Positions 62,163 through 64,000 of a DNA stretch of 64,000 bases are shown here, in pieces. The notes under the pieces are model-generated. The model saw only the letters and a list, made by a program, of their open reading frames with translations, was not told the origin of the DNA and made no database searches. Positions within the stretch are counted from its first letter, which is position 1; each line of letters opens with the position of its first letter. Source of the stretch: Callorhinchus milii (taxonomy: Eukaryota); NCBI RefSeq assembly GCF_018977255.1, contig NW_024704743.1, forward strand, positions 65,536,001 through 65,600,000. The letters run 5' to 3'. A program made the translations under genes and the position numbers.

Positions 62163-62244
62163 AAGTGGCCATTGGTCATGGTGAGCCTTGGCAGTGTGTT
62201 CTCTCCCCCACCTGAGTGTCACACACATGCACAACCAATAGTGG

Positions 62245-62668
62245 GACAGGATTACGAGGAGCCATTAAATAAACTGGACATGTTCACCCTGGAGAAGAGA
62301 AGGTTAAATCTTTAAGATTCTGAAGGGAATAGGTAATGTAGACCATTATAAGCTGTTTTGTTGCGTACTGAACAGTAGAACCAGAGGACATGGCCTATGA
62401 TTGAAGGGGGGTAACTTCAGAACAAATCTACGGAAATATTACTTCAGTGAGCGAGTAGTAAACTTATAGAACAGGCTCCCTAGGGAGACAGTGGAAGCAC
62501 AAAATGTTGTTTGTTTCACGAACAAATTAGATAGATTTCTGCTAGAAAATAATATCTTGGGATACAGTATATAGTTTGGGACACGACATGTCAAGCGACT
62601 GCCAGGATGGTAGAAGGTGAACCAGATGGACCTTGGTCTTGTTTTGCCTAGAAAATTCTTATGTCTTG
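62245..62668 (+). mobile_element. CR1 3' end nested in an ancient SINE (about 62165-62830 -)
   Basis: YEEPLNKLDMFTLEKRRL, RTRGH, RKYYFSERVVNL, KLDRFL, tail aaattcttatg. The flanks resemble the reverse of the 36095 family. Confidence 0.85.
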
Positions 62669-63864
62669 AAGAGGATCGAGGAGCAGAAATCCTGTCTTGT
62701 TTTCCCTCCCCTGACTGAGAAAGCCAGGGCCAATTTAGCTTCCCATTCAACACTGCCTGAGACCAGCAAAATCAGAACAAGTTTTGATCCTGGTCCGTAA
62801 ACTGCAGCTCTGTCCACTGCACCACCAGAGTGCCCCATTCCCCAGTTATCTGCTGAAAAATACCCCGTTGTTACATGTGAAATAACACATCAAGAGGTTC
62901 AGGTGACAGCACAGTTGTGCTTTATTCCATTGTGCTCTTCTGTTGCTGGTGACTGAACAGGCAGTGACCAGTGCATGGCTCATGGAGCTGAACCATGTGA
63001 CTCCACCCAAGTTTTATGATGACACTTGATCTGAACCTCAGTGATGTTGGGCTATATTCCATAAACATCCTCAGCTGCTATTGATGTATTTTCATATCAA
63101 TACAACATGGGCCTCGTTTTCCAGCACATTATAGTTACATTGAAGTTAAAACACTAAAGATGTGACCAGAAATGCCTAGACTGTAAGTATCGAATAGTAT
63201 AACAGGTAAATCTCTGCAAAGTCACAGAACAGAGGTTAGAATGGATGCTGCTAAAAATCTTATTAGCCCAGCCTCAGAAGGCTAGAAAGGGATGTTGGGT
63301 GTCTCTAGGCTATTGACAGTCAATCACAGCATCACATCAGACTCGTTCAGAAAAACGGACAGCCCTACTTAAGTATGATTCCTGTTTTGATTTCGGTCTC
63401 AGTAATCCTAAGAATATTGTAGTATCTCTGACATGGCTTGTCACTGCTGCATGTAATTTGCTTGAAGGGATTTAAAAACGTATTCAAAAGCAACTTAAGT
63501 ATGTTTAATGTGAGTGATGGTTATTCTTCATTAAAACCCAGTAGGGAACGTAGCCTTGGGATGATTAATTTGCGACAATATTAGCTGTATTTTTAGGGTT
63601 AACATTTTAATTGAATGGAAAACAACAATTCACACTGGTGAATTCCTTATTTAAGCAGCAACTTGTAGCTGTCAGTTTATTGTTGGAATTTCGCTAAGTG
63701 CTGATTTGAGGTTAGGCTACAAAGGGCAATTTGCTGTCTGTCTATGAATAACACATGAGATCATTCTGAACTTCACTGCAATGTCACAATATTCGTCTAC
63801 ATCCGGTATGTACCTTGTGGCAAACCTTAATGATTCAGCAACGATTCACTGCTGAATAAGATTT

Positions 63865-64000
63865 TTGCACTGTGCTGTGCTTTTTTNCGGTAAGCCAAGT
63901 GTCTAATATGTGCGGAAACCCATCTCCATGCTTAAGAGTATCCAAACCAAACTGAGAATTCCATGGATCCCACCTACACACGGAAATTTCTTATAATGCA
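63865..64000 (-). repeat. Family X copy, cut by the window end
   Basis: catgcttaagagtatccaaaccaaactgagaattcc versus catgcttaacagtatccaaaccagactgagatttcc at 59415. Confidence 0.8.

Noticed and set aside
61768..63887. Single N bases at 61768 and 63887
   Set aside because: Assembly ambiguities, not biology.

Overview
This is AT-rich vertebrate genomic DNA. The repeat content (Deu-domain SINEs, tRNA-headed SINEs with L2 tails, L2 and CR1 LINEs) points to a cartilaginous fish, probably a holocephalan; that assignment is inference. The window lies inside one + strand gene, tensin-3 (TNS3). Eight firm coding exons (36565-60203) encode the PTEN-like PTP domain and the first part of the C2 domain. 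Three small upstream exons (8867, 26347, 31258) splice in frame onto these, giving one 879-nt (293-codon) reading frame open at both ends. Almost all entries in the ORF track are spurious or transposon-derived. The introns hold L2 and CR1 fragments, at least four SINE families, a decayed pogo/Tigger transposase and MITE-like remnants. I found no convincing new multi-gene system. The best leads are: a tensin PTP domain with both WPD and HCx5R intact; a candidate alternative exon at 6453/6465-6524; an unrecognised ~550-bp SINE-like family rebuilt from four copies; a near-identical 108-bp duplication anchored on two DeuSINE copies; and a 94-bp insert with a 13-bp target-site duplication. Repeat boundaries and family names were judged by eye and from memory, not from database searches.
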